From the NCBI GenBank assembly GCA_964427585.1, contig CAYRVC010000001.1, positions 34,220 through 98,219 of the forward strand: 64,000 nt of DNA, written 5' to 3'. Every line of letters begins with the position of its first letter. The stretch's first letter is position 1. Under the pieces are notes generated by a model. It did not search any database. It saw nothing but the letters and a program-made list of their open reading frames with translations, and had not been told where the DNA came from. This DNA is from an uncultured Candidatus Saccharibacteria bacterium (GTDB taxonomy: Bacteria > Patescibacteriota > Minisyncoccia > Minisyncoccales > Staskawiczbacteraceae). A program made the position numbers and the translations under genes. Below, one piece after another: positions 42,787-51,391 of the stretch.

Positions 42787-42789
42787 ATT

Positions 42790-43065
42790 ATGTATGACAC
42801 TGTTATAAAATTTATTATTTATTTCATAGTGGGAGTGATACAGGATTTTTTCTTTACTTTGAATTCAAGGTATATTGCCGAAAAAAAAGTGTGGCCGGCG
42901 ACAGCTTTTTCTTTTCTGACCATTTTAATGAGCATGGTTGTTTTATACAACATCTTAAACGAACTGGATTCGGAAAAAAGCATTGCTGCGATATTTTTTT
43001 ATTCCGTGGGAATCAGCCTGGGAACATACCTGGCTATGAAATTTGAAGGATTCAAAAAAGGTTAG
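42790..43065 (+). CDS. Small membrane protein (possibly UPF0316/DUF5698-like)
   Basis: 91 aa, about 3 TM segments; GVIQDFFFTLNSRYI. Confidence 0.35.
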   Translation: MYDTVIKFIIYFIVGVIQDFFFTLNSRYIAEKKVWPATAFSFLTILMSMVVLYNILNELDSEKSIAAIFFYSVGISLGTYLAMKFEGFKKG

Positions 43066-43142
43066 AAAGTTGATTTTTCCAGATAACCTGTTAAGCTTAT
43101 AAAAAGATTTTTTTATGCACCTTTACAATTTTGGAGGGCTCT

Positions 43143-43294
43143 ATGGGATATTTAAGCCTGAAACCGCATGAAAGGATTATTTTAGCTCTTGACGTGAGCT
43201 ATATAAGAAAAGCCAAAAATCTGGTTGCAGAATTATCTCCGCATGTGGGGGTTTTTAAAATCGGCTAAGAAAAGCGTTTAGATCGGAGGGATGA
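43143..43294 (+). pseudogene. pyrF: Relic of orotidine-5'-phosphate decarboxylase, N-terminal ~50 codons, frameshifted
   Basis: GGAGGG RBS, then MGYLSLKPHERIILALDVSYIRKAKNLVAELSPHVGVFKIG*. The +1 frame continues LRKAFRSEG*, which mimics the PyrF ...ALD...KVG.ELF..EG pattern. Confidence 0.6.
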
Positions 43295-44157
43295 AGTATG
43301 ACTGCATCATGGATTCCCAGGATAAGGAGGAGAAAATGAATGAAGAGCAGGAAAAAAAAGATTTGCTTGAAACAAAAGAAATTTTTGCCAAAGCCGGAGC
43401 GATAATAACCGGCGACCATTTTGTTTATGCTAAAAAGCCTGATGGCTGGTATCACGGTTTAGATTACGTGAATAAAGACGCGATATATCCTTTTGTAAAC
43501 TCGGTCAGCGAGTTGTGCCGGAAGCTTGCCCGCCGTTTTTGGGATTATAGCGTTGAAACGGTTGTGGGCCCGACTGTCGGCGCCGTGGTTTTGTCGCAGT
43601 GGACAGCCTACTGGCTGGCCCGGGCATTTAAACAGGATGTTATGGCGGTTTTTGCAGATCCAGAAGAAATATTTGAAGAAAGAAAAATCGGTTTGCAGGC
43701 TGAAATGGAATTCAACGCCTTCGGAAAGGTGAGAATAAAAGGCGAACAAATTGATATGGAAAGAGGCCTGGCAAGCATAGCTTTTTTTGATAAAATTTAC
43801 AGCCGAAGAGTTATCAGGCGGGGATATGACAGGCATGTAACGGGAAAAAAATGCCTTATTGTTGAAGATATTATCAATTCCGGGGAAACGGTCAGGATGA
43901 CCATTGACGCCGTGAAACGGGCCGGCGGAGAAGTCTTGGGCGTCGCCTGCCTTTGCAATCGCAGCGGCAAAAAGGTATCGGCTGAAACCCTTATTGTGCC
44001 GGAACTCGTTTCTTTATTGGATTTGGATATGAAAATGTTTAAGGAAGAAGAATGTCCCATATGCAGGGAAAAAGGGAAGAGGTCCGTACGCACGGATTTG
44101 GGCAAGGGAAAGGAATTTTTAGACAGGCTGGCTGAAGATTTCTGCCAGAGAAAATAA
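43291..44157 (+). CDS. Type I phosphoribosyltransferase, orotate PRTase-like
   Basis: PRPP loop CLIVEDIINSGETV. The N-terminal region is OPRT-like. The C-terminus has a CPIC motif. Confidence 0.65.
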   Translation: MKYDCIMDSQDKEEKMNEEQEKKDLLETKEIFAKAGAIITGDHFVYAKKPDGWYHGLDYVNKDAIYPFVNSVSELCRKLARRFWDYSVETVVGPTVGAVVLSQWTAYWLARAFKQDVMAVFADPEEIFEERKIGLQAEMEFNAFGKVRIKGEQIDMERGLASIAFFDKIYSRRVIRRGYDRHVTGKKCLIVEDIINSGETVRMTIDAVKRAGGEVLGVACLCNRSGKKVSAETLIVPELVSLLDLDMKMFKEEECPICREKGKRSVRTDLGKGKEFLDRLAEDFCQRK

Positions 44158-44191
44158 AAAATTTAAGGTTTAAAATTTGAACTGAAAGCAG

Positions 44192-44223
44192 AACCGCCGG
44201 GCACCGCTTGGCGGTTTTTTTAT
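44192..44223 (+). terminator. Rho-independent terminator
   Basis: AACCGCC-loop-GGCGGTT followed by TTTTTTT. Confidence 0.75.
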
Positions 44224-44272
44224 TTCTTATTATCGCGGCTTGATTTTATTTTAGAACGAGGTAAACTGAATA

Positions 44273-44434
44273 AACCTTGAGTTACGAAATGCCTTACGAA
44301 TTATTTTATTTTGGCTTGCGGGCGAGCCGAAGTAAAAATTTTGAGGCATATACGGAGTATTCTGCCTCAAAATTTTTACAAAAGCGTAGCCCAAGCCAAA
44401 ATTAAAGAATTTAAGGCATTTCGTAATTCAAGGT
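44273..44434 (+). repeat. Family-A nested-hairpin element, copy 2, about 162 nt
   Basis: Same orientation and near-identical to 11005-11169. It ends 8 nt before the ftsZ ATG. Confidence 0.9.
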
Positions 44435-44441
44435 AGTATAA

Positions 44442-46043
44442 ATGAAAAAAATAAAAAGAAAGGCTAAAATAAAGCAGATAAGGAAAAAAAGGCTTAAAAT
44501 TCCTAAAAGGAAAAAGCGCTTTTTCGTTAAAAAAACTAAAAAAGTGAAAAGCATAAATAGAAAAAGGCCGGCAAAAAGGAAAATGAAAACTGTCCGCCTC
44601 CGAAAAGCCGTTGCCGAAAACGCAGGAGAGTTTTTTTCGCCAAAGTCTCTTTTTAAGGCAAAAATAAAAGTCATTGGAATAGGCGGGGGAGGGGCGTCGA
44701 TTGTTTCTGAAATAGGCAGGTCTTTAGACAGGGCGACTTTTGTGATAGCCGACACGGATATCAGGGCTTTGAGGAAAAGGCAGGGAATAAAATATTTTTG
44801 GTTCGGCGAGGAGCTGGCCCACGGCTTAGGCACGGGCGTTAATCCGGGTTTGGCAAAGGAGGCCGCTCTGAAAGAAAAAGAAAAAATATCCGAATTTTTC
44901 AAAGGCCAGGACATTGTTGTTTTTATAGCTTCCCTGGGGGGAGGAGTGGGGTCGGGGGCAACGGAAATTTTTGCAAGGGCCGCTGAAGAATCAGGCGTTA
45001 TCAGCTTTGGGATATTTACCTTGCCCTTTAAGTTTGAAGGCGACAATAAAGCTAAGATAGCCAGGAACGCCCTGAAAAAAATAAGGGAATCGCTTAATGT
45101 TTCCGTTGCCATACCCAATGAAAAAATATTCAAAGTGATAGACAACAGCACCCCGATAGTGGAGGCATTTTCGGTTGTCAATAAAAATCTGGCTGATTCT
45201 TTGGAAAGCCTTATAGACCTTATTTATAATCCGGGAGTCATAAACATTGATTTTGCCGATGTGAGGACGATTTTAAGCGGCAGGGGGAATTTCGCCTTTT
45301 TGAATTCAGCTGAAGCTTCGGGCAAAAACAGGTCAGACGACCTCATTAAAAAAATAGCCGTAAACCCGCTGTACCAGAACAACAATTTTATTGCTGAAAA
45401 AATTCTTTTTAACATTGCGGGGGATTATTCGTTGAGCATGTCGGAAGTGGAAAAGATAAGCAGTTCTGTTTCAGGGCTGAATCCTGCGGCCAAAATCATT
45501 TTCGGAGTATCAAAAAATCCAAAACTCAAAAAGAAAATAAAAGCCACCCTGTTGATGGCAGGTCCCTCAAAAACGGATGCTTCGCCTGTTGAAAAGAAAG
45601 GCATAAAGGCTTTGAAAGAAGATAAGATATCGGCGGAAAAAGAAAAAGAAAAGAAGGCGTTGAAAGAATCTTTTAAACAAAAAAAGCCGAAAAAAGCTGA
45701 AAGCAAAGCCAAAAAACAAAAAAACAAAAGCAAGAAAGCGGTGGGCCAGGCGCAAGATAAAGAAGGCAAAGAAAACGCGCCGTTTATGATTCCGCCCTCC
45801 GGAGAGAGTTTTCCTAAAATTCCGGCGGAGGCTCCGGGAATATTCAGGCCAGAGAGGCTGGACTCCGTTTTGAAGCTTGAAGAAGATGGCGGAAGCGAAA
45901 AAAAACTTGCAGTAAAAAAAACAATAAGAAGGAACGCCCTGGAAATAAAAAAAGCGGAAGCGCTGGAGGAAGATAAAAGATTTTTGCAGGAGAAAGAATG
46001 GGAAATCCCCGCTTTTTTAAGAAAAATTAAATTCAAGCCGTAA
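44442..46043 (+). CDS. ftsZ: Cell division protein FtsZ (divergent; poly-basic N-terminal extension, long K/E linker)
   Basis: IKVIGIGGGG, GLGTGVNP, GGGVGSG, PFKFEG, C-terminal peptide IPAFLRK. An alternative start is at 44583. Confidence 0.88.
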   Translation: MKKIKRKAKIKQIRKKRLKIPKRKKRFFVKKTKKVKSINRKRPAKRKMKTVRLRKAVAENAGEFFSPKSLFKAKIKVIGIGGGGASIVSEIGRSLDRATFVIADTDIRALRKRQGIKYFWFGEELAHGLGTGVNPGLAKEAALKEKEKISEFFKGQDIVVFIASLGGGVGSGATEIFARAAEESGVISFGIFTLPFKFEGDNKAKIARNALKKIRESLNVSVAIPNEKIFKVIDNSTPIVEAFSVVNKNLADSLESLIDLIYNPGVINIDFADVRTILSGRGNFAFLNSAEASGKNRSDDLIKKIAVNPLYQNNNFIAEKILFNIAGDYSLSMSEVEKISSSVSGLNPAAKIIFGVSKNPKLKKKIKATLLMAGPSKTDASPVEKKGIKALKEDKISAEKEKEKKALKESFKQKKPKKAESKAKKQKNKSKKAVGQAQDKEGKENAPFMIPPSGESFPKIPAEAPGIFRPERLDSVLKLEEDGGSEKKLAVKKTIRRNALEIKKAEALEEDKRFLQEKEWEIPAFLRKIKFKP

Positions 46044-46048
46044 GTTTT

Positions 46049-46924
46049 ATGGATGAAATAAAAAAGGTTATTATTCCCATAGCTGGTTTGGCAACCAGAT
46101 TTTTGCCGTTTTCCAAATCGCTGTCAAAAGAGTTTTTTCCTTTGGCAGACAAGCCGATGGTTCAGTATTTGGTCAAAGAAGCAAAAAATTCAGGAATATC
46201 GGAAATAATTTTCGTGGTCAGCCCGAATCAGAAAATGATTTTAAGCTATTTTAAGGAGTCTGCCGAACTGGAAAAAGTTTTGATTTCCAGAAAAAAGGAA
46301 GAGATTTTAAAAGAAATGAAGGAATTTGAAGAAATTTTCCAGGGGATTTCTTTTTCGTTTGCCGTGCAGAAAACCCCATTGGGGGACGGCCACGCCATTC
46401 TGCAGGCGCAGAAGTTTTTAGACGATGAGCCCTCGGGCGTTTTGTTCGGAGACGACATCGTTGACTCCGATACGCCAGCCTTGGCGCAATTGATAAACAT
46501 ATTTAAAACTTGTTCCGCCCCTGTCGTGGCTTTAAAACAGCTCCCCCGTGAAAAACTTCCCGCTTACGGGGTGGTGGCTGTTGAAAAAATAGCCAACCGT
46601 TTGTATAAAATAAAAAAAATCGTGGAAAAGCCGGATGCCTCAAAACTGCCGTCTGACCTGGCTATTGTGGGAAAGTATGTTTTGACTCCTGAAGTTTTTG
46701 ATTATTTGAAAAAAGCTTCTCCTTCCAGGAAAGGGGAAATAATTTTAGCCGAAGTTTTTGACAAAATGCTTTCGGAAGGAAAAACAATTTACGGCTATGA
46801 ATTCAAGGGAGAATGGTTGGAGTGCGGGGATAAATTGAAATGGATGAAATCGTTTTTCTATTTTGCCCTGAAAGACCCGAGATTCGGCAGTGAATTAAAA
46901 AAGTATCTCAAAGAATTAAAATAG
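46049..46924 (+). CDS. galU: UTP--glucose-1-phosphate uridylyltransferase
   Basis: KKVIIPIAGLATRFLPFSKSLSKEFFPLADKPMVQYLVKEA...GDGHA. Confidence 0.88.
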   Translation: MDEIKKVIIPIAGLATRFLPFSKSLSKEFFPLADKPMVQYLVKEAKNSGISEIIFVVSPNQKMILSYFKESAELEKVLISRKKEEILKEMKEFEEIFQGISFSFAVQKTPLGDGHAILQAQKFLDDEPSGVLFGDDIVDSDTPALAQLINIFKTCSAPVVALKQLPREKLPAYGVVAVEKIANRLYKIKKIVEKPDASKLPSDLAIVGKYVLTPEVFDYLKKASPSRKGEIILAEVFDKMLSEGKTIYGYEFKGEWLECGDKLKWMKSFFYFALKDPRFGSELKKYLKELK

Positions 46925-46940
46925 TGTATAATTGATTTAA

Positions 46941-47939
46941 ATGAAAATCGGTTTTTTTGAAACAGAGGGATGGGAAAAAGATTATTTATCGAAAGAGCTT
47001 TCCTTGCATGAGCTTTGTTTTTTTCCAGAGCCCCTTTCAGAGGGCAACGTTGATTTGGCCGGTGATTGCCAAATTGTTTCTCCTTTTATTTATTCAAGTT
47101 TTTCAGAAGGGATTTTTTCAAAATTGCCGGCGCTTAAAATGATAGCAACAAGGTCAACCGGTTTTGACCATATTGAAATCAAAGCGGCGAAAAACAGAAA
47201 AATCATTGTTTCCAATGTTCCTTTTTACGGGGAAAACACGGTGGCCGAGCATACGTTTTCCCTTATACTGGCTATTTCCAGAAAAATTTTTGATTCCGTG
47301 GAAAGGGCTAAAGCGGGCGATTTCTCGCTGGAGGGATTAAGAGGATTTGATTTGAAAGGAAAAACCTTAGGCATCATAGGCCTTGGTCATATAGGATTTA
47401 ATGTTGCCAGAATCGCTAAGGGGTTTGAAATGAATATTTTGGCTCTTGATGTAAAAAAAGACAATAAGGTTACCAGGAAGCTGGGCGTTAAATATGTCAA
47501 ACCAGAAGAGTTATTGAAAAAATCAGATATTATAACCCTGCATGCTCCTTACAATGAGAACACCAGGCATTTGATAAATTCAGAAAATATAAGCCTCATA
47601 AAAAAAGGGGCCTATCTGATAAACACCGCCAGGGGAGGGCTGGTGGAAACATCCGCCTTATTGAAAGCCCTTTCTGAAGGGATATTGGCAGGGGCGGCAC
47701 TGGATGTTCTAGAGGAGGAATGCTTTATCAAAGAAGAGGCCCAGCTTTTATCAAGAGAATTTCCAAAGCAGTGCGACATTAAAACCGCTTTGCAAAACCA
47801 CATACTGCTTTGCCGTAAAAACGTGATTGTCACGCCCCATAACGCTTTCAATTCAGAAGAAGCGCTGAAAAGAATCCTGGAAACAACGGTTCAAAACATA
47901 AAAGCTTTTTCTAAAAATAAACCAATAAACAAAGTTTAA
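46941..47939 (+). CDS. D-isomer-specific 2-hydroxyacid dehydrogenase (D-lactate/glycerate dehydrogenase-like)
   Basis: NAD-binding site GIIGLGHIGFNVA, followed by the catalytic RGGLV...DV..EE...H pattern. Confidence 0.8.
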   Translation: MKIGFFETEGWEKDYLSKELSLHELCFFPEPLSEGNVDLAGDCQIVSPFIYSSFSEGIFSKLPALKMIATRSTGFDHIEIKAAKNRKIIVSNVPFYGENTVAEHTFSLILAISRKIFDSVERAKAGDFSLEGLRGFDLKGKTLGIIGLGHIGFNVARIAKGFEMNILALDVKKDNKVTRKLGVKYVKPEELLKKSDIITLHAPYNENTRHLINSENISLIKKGAYLINTARGGLVETSALLKALSEGILAGAALDVLEEECFIKEEAQLLSREFPKQCDIKTALQNHILLCRKNVIVTPHNAFNSEEALKRILETTVQNIKAFSKNKPINKV

Positions 47940-47941
47940 AT

Positions 47942-48859
47942 ATGAGAGATTTAATTATCATAGGAGCCGGACCGGCCGGGGTTTCTGCCGGAATTTATGC
48001 TTCAAGGCAGAAACTGGATTTGCTCATGATTTCAAAAGAAATCGGAGGCCAGGTGGCGAAAAAAGCTGTTGATATTGAAAATTATCTTGGATTCGGCAAG
48101 ATTTCAGGCCCCGAACTGGCCAAAATTTTTCACGAGCAGATAAAAAGCAATGAAATAGAGGTTATTTTAGACGAAGTTTTAAAAATAGAAAAACAAGGGG
48201 AAAAATTTATTGTTTCCATGGCGAAAGGTAAAATCCATGAATCATTGGCCGTTATCATCTGCTCTGGGGCAGACCCCAGGCCGCTGGAGGTTGAGGGTGA
48301 AAAGGAATTCATAGGAAAAGGCGTAAGTTATTGCGCGTTGTGCGACGGACCGGTGTTTTCAAACAAGACAGTGGCTGTGATCGGAGGAGGAAATTCCGGA
48401 TTCGAATCGGCCATGTTTTTGTCAAATTATGTTAAAAAAATCCACATATTGGAATATGGAGAAAAGCTTAAAGCCGATAAAGAAAACCAGGAGCTGGTTT
48501 ATAAAACAAAAAAGGCGGAAATAATCCTTAACGCCAAGATTTTAAAAATTGAAGGAGGCAGTTTTGTAAAGTCGCTCAGTTATCAGGATTTAAAATCTGA
48601 ACAAAAAAAAATACTGCCGGTTGACGGAATTTTCGTTGAAATAGGATATTCGCCGGCAACGGCTTTTGCCAAAGGCCTTGTTGATTTTTCCGACAGAGAT
48701 GAGATAATTACAGAAAGAGAGACCTATGAAACAAAAACTCCCGGTCTTTTTGCCGCCGGCGACTGCAACTCGGGCAAATACAAGCAAATTGTCACGGCTG
48801 CCGGAGAAGGGGCAAAGGCGGCATTGGCGGCATATGAATACCTGCAAAAAAGCAGATAA
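47942..48859 (+). CDS. trxB: Thioredoxin-disulfide reductase
   Basis: IIIGAGPAG, redox-active CALCDG, GGGNSG, FAAGD. Confidence 0.85.
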   Translation: MRDLIIIGAGPAGVSAGIYASRQKLDLLMISKEIGGQVAKKAVDIENYLGFGKISGPELAKIFHEQIKSNEIEVILDEVLKIEKQGEKFIVSMAKGKIHESLAVIICSGADPRPLEVEGEKEFIGKGVSYCALCDGPVFSNKTVAVIGGGNSGFESAMFLSNYVKKIHILEYGEKLKADKENQELVYKTKKAEIILNAKILKIEGGSFVKSLSYQDLKSEQKKILPVDGIFVEIGYSPATAFAKGLVDFSDRDEIITERETYETKTPGLFAAGDCNSGKYKQIVTAAGEGAKAALAAYEYLQKSR

Positions 48860-48873
48860 GACCGGTTCAATAA

Positions 48874-49350
48874 ATGAATAATATCAAAAAAACAAAAGGT
48901 TTTACCATAATAGAAATCGTGGTGGTTATCGCCATAATCGCAGTTTTGGCTGGAATTGTTATGGTTAACGTAAGCTCTTTTACCAAGAAAGCCAAGGTGA
49001 CGGCGGCAAGGGCCGATGTCCGCCAGCTGGTAATAGCAATGGAGCTTTATCGCGCGAAAAATGGACAACTTCCTCCTCTTGGGGATTCATGTTCGGCTTG
49101 TTCCAATCCCTGCGACGCCGGTGTCTGGAACGCGGTTGTAGACGCCATGATAAACAGCGAAGACGGAAACAGGGGGATGTATATAGACCCCTGGGGCCGC
49201 CCATTTTGCTATGATGACAACGACAAAGTTCCCGCCGGGCCCTGCAGTCCTGTTTTTTCAATGGGAGAAGACGGAGTGAATAATACGGGGACAGGATGCG
49301 CCATTTCAGGCGACGATATAGGCCAAATCCTGCCTTACGGCGGGCCGTAA
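48874..49350 (+). CDS. Type IV pilin / type II pseudopilin-like protein
   Basis: Prepilin N-terminus KGFTIIEIVVVIAIIAVLAGIV (G/F cleavage-methylation motif with E at +5). Confidence 0.8.
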   Translation: MNNIKKTKGFTIIEIVVVIAIIAVLAGIVMVNVSSFTKKAKVTAARADVRQLVIAMELYRAKNGQLPPLGDSCSACSNPCDAGVWNAVVDAMINSEDGNRGMYIDPWGRPFCYDDNDKVPAGPCSPVFSMGEDGVNNTGTGCAISGDDIGQILPYGGP

Positions 49351-49372
49351 ATAAAGAGCTTGGTGAATTTCA

Positions 49373-50641
49373 ATGAACATATTAAAATCACGCGCCAGAA
49401 TCGTTTTTGCAAAAGGAAAAGAAATTCTGGATTCACGGGGAAAACCAACAATAGAAGTTGAATTAAAAACCGATAAGGGAATTTTTTTTGCTTCGGTTCC
49501 GGCAGGCGTTTCCACTGGAAACGATGAAGCGTCAGAATTAAGGGATGATGACGGCAGGGGAGTGAAAAAAGCCATTGAAAACATAAACAAAATTATCGCT
49601 CCGAAGTTAAAAGGAAAAAATCCGGCAGAACAAAAAGAGATTGATGAAATAATGATTAATCTTGACGGCACGGAAAATAAATCAAAATTGGGAGCCAACG
49701 CCATGCTAGCCGTTTCAATGGCCGCGTGCCGGGCGGGAGCGGGCGCTAAAAAAATTCCGCTTTATCAGCACATTTTTAAGTTCGGGGGATCTCCGACATC
49801 CCCCGAAATAGAAATGGGGGGGTGTCGGAGATCCCCCGAACTTCCGTTTCCGATGTTTAATATAATTGAGGGCGGAAAACATGCGGATAATGATTTGGGT
49901 ATCCAGGAATTTCTGCTGGTTTGCCAAAAGAAAACGTTTTTGGAAAATTTAATCCTGGGAAATAAAATTTTCGGCGTTCTTAAAGAAACCATTGAAAAAA
50001 ATCATGGACCGGATGTAAGGCTGGGAGACGAGGGCGGATTCGCCCCTGATATTTCAAAAACAGAACAGGCATTGTATTTGTTAAAAAACGCGATAGCAAA
50101 AGAGCCGGACGCGAAAATCGCTTTGGATGCGGCTTCCTCGCAGTTTTATAAAAACGGAAAGTATGGAATAGACGGAGAGGAATTTACAAGGCAAGGCCTT
50201 TTGGAATTTTACGGGAATTTAATAAATAATTTTCCGATTATTTCCATTGAAGACCCGTTTTCAGAAGATGACTGGCAAGGATTTGAGTTTATTATGCGAC
50301 AAATGGGAGATAAAATATTGGTGGTTGCGGACGACCTTACGACAACTAACGCAAAAAAGATAAGGGAGGCAAAAAGCAGGTCGGCCTGCAATGCCGTAAT
50401 TATAAAACCGAACCAGATTGGCACGGTAAGCGAAACGATTGAGGCGATAAAAACAGCTAAACAAGCTGGCTTTAAAATCATAATCAGCCATAGGGCAGGG
50501 GAAACAGCGGATACATTTATTGCCGATTTGGCAGTAGGGGCTGAGGCCGATTTTATAAAATCAGGTTCTCCCTTAAAAGAAGAAAGAATGGTAAAATATA
50601 AAAGATTGCTGGAAATAGAAAAAGAATTAACATATGGCTAA
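49373..50641 (+). CDS. eno: Enolase (carrying a 20-aa in-frame insertion)
   Basis: ILDSRGKPTIEVE, GANAMLAVSMA, NIIEGGKHADN, DDLTTTN, IKPNQIGT, SHRAGET. Confidence 0.93.
   Translation: MNILKSRARIVFAKGKEILDSRGKPTIEVELKTDKGIFFASVPAGVSTGNDEASELRDDDGRGVKKAIENINKIIAPKLKGKNPAEQKEIDEIMINLDGTENKSKLGANAMLAVSMAACRAGAGAKKIPLYQHIFKFGGSPTSPEIEMGGCRRSPELPFPMFNIIEGGKHADNDLGIQEFLLVCQKKTFLENLILGNKIFGVLKETIEKNHGPDVRLGDEGGFAPDISKTEQALYLLKNAIAKEPDAKIALDAASSQFYKNGKYGIDGEEFTRQGLLEFYGNLINNFPIISIEDPFSEDDWQGFEFIMRQMGDKILVVADDLTTTNAKKIREAKSRSACNAVIIKPNQIGTVSETIEAIKTAKQAGFKIIISHRAGETADTFIADLAVGAEADFIKSGSPLKEERMVKYKRLLEIEKELTYG
49781..49840. repeat. 60-nt GC-rich hairpin inserted in-frame in eno
   Basis: TTCGGGGGATCTCCGACATCCCCC, loop GAAATAGAAAT, then GGGGGGGTGTCGGAGATCCCCCGAA. 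The stem is about 24 bp with one G-U pair. Confidence 0.9.
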
Positions 50642-51317
50642 ATTATTTTTGCTTAGACATTTAAAATCGCAATGGAACGAAGAAAACAGGTTTGCCGGCT
50701 GGACAGACGGGCCTTTGGCAAAAGGCCAGGAAGAAACAATAAAAGAGCTGGCTTTTGAAATTTTTAAATTCAGGATAGATAAAATTTACACTTCTCCTTT
50801 GTTCCGCAATATGAATACCGTGGCTGAAATTTTTGAATACGGCATAAATAAATACCCGCTTTTTATCCATATGGATGGAGGAAAAATGCAGGAATGGGGA
50901 AATTATGCGGACCTGACCGATAACGATGTTTTGGCGTATGTCACGGAAAACTTAAACGAAAGATATTACGGAAAACTGCAGGGGCTCAATAAAGAAGAAA
51001 TTATCAATAAATACGGCGGGGAACAGGTCAGGCTGTGGAGAAGGGATTTCAATTCATCGCCCCCCGAAGGAGAATCTTTGAAAGACGTGTATAAAAGGGT
51101 TGTTCCTTTTTATAAAAAATTCGTTGAAAAGGATTTGAAAGAAGGAAAAAACGTTTTAATCGCGGCAAGCCATAACAGCTTGAGGGCGCTGATAAAATAC
51201 ATAGAGAAAATATCAGACGAAAACATAGCCGATTTCGAACTGCCGTTTAGCGGCTTGATTGAATATGATTTCCATGATAATCTGGACATGAAAAGCAAAA
51301 ATATATTCAGGCCTTAA
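50634..51317 (+). CDS. gpmA: Histidine-phosphatase family phosphoglycerate mutase (dPGM-like)
   Basis: LFLLRHLKSQWNEENRFAGWTD...ERYYG...SHNSLRAL. Overlaps the eno stop by 8 nt. Confidence 0.75.
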   Translation: MAKLFLLRHLKSQWNEENRFAGWTDGPLAKGQEETIKELAFEIFKFRIDKIYTSPLFRNMNTVAEIFEYGINKYPLFIHMDGGKMQEWGNYADLTDNDVLAYVTENLNERYYGKLQGLNKEEIINKYGGEQVRLWRRDFNSSPPEGESLKDVYKRVVPFYKKFVEKDLKEGKNVLIAASHNSLRALIKYIEKISDENIADFELPFSGLIEYDFHDNLDMKSKNIFRP

Positions 51318-51391
51318 AGTCGGAGCATTGCAGGAAAATTAAAATATAATATAATAAATTTATTAAAATTAAATAAATTAACCTAAATTTT

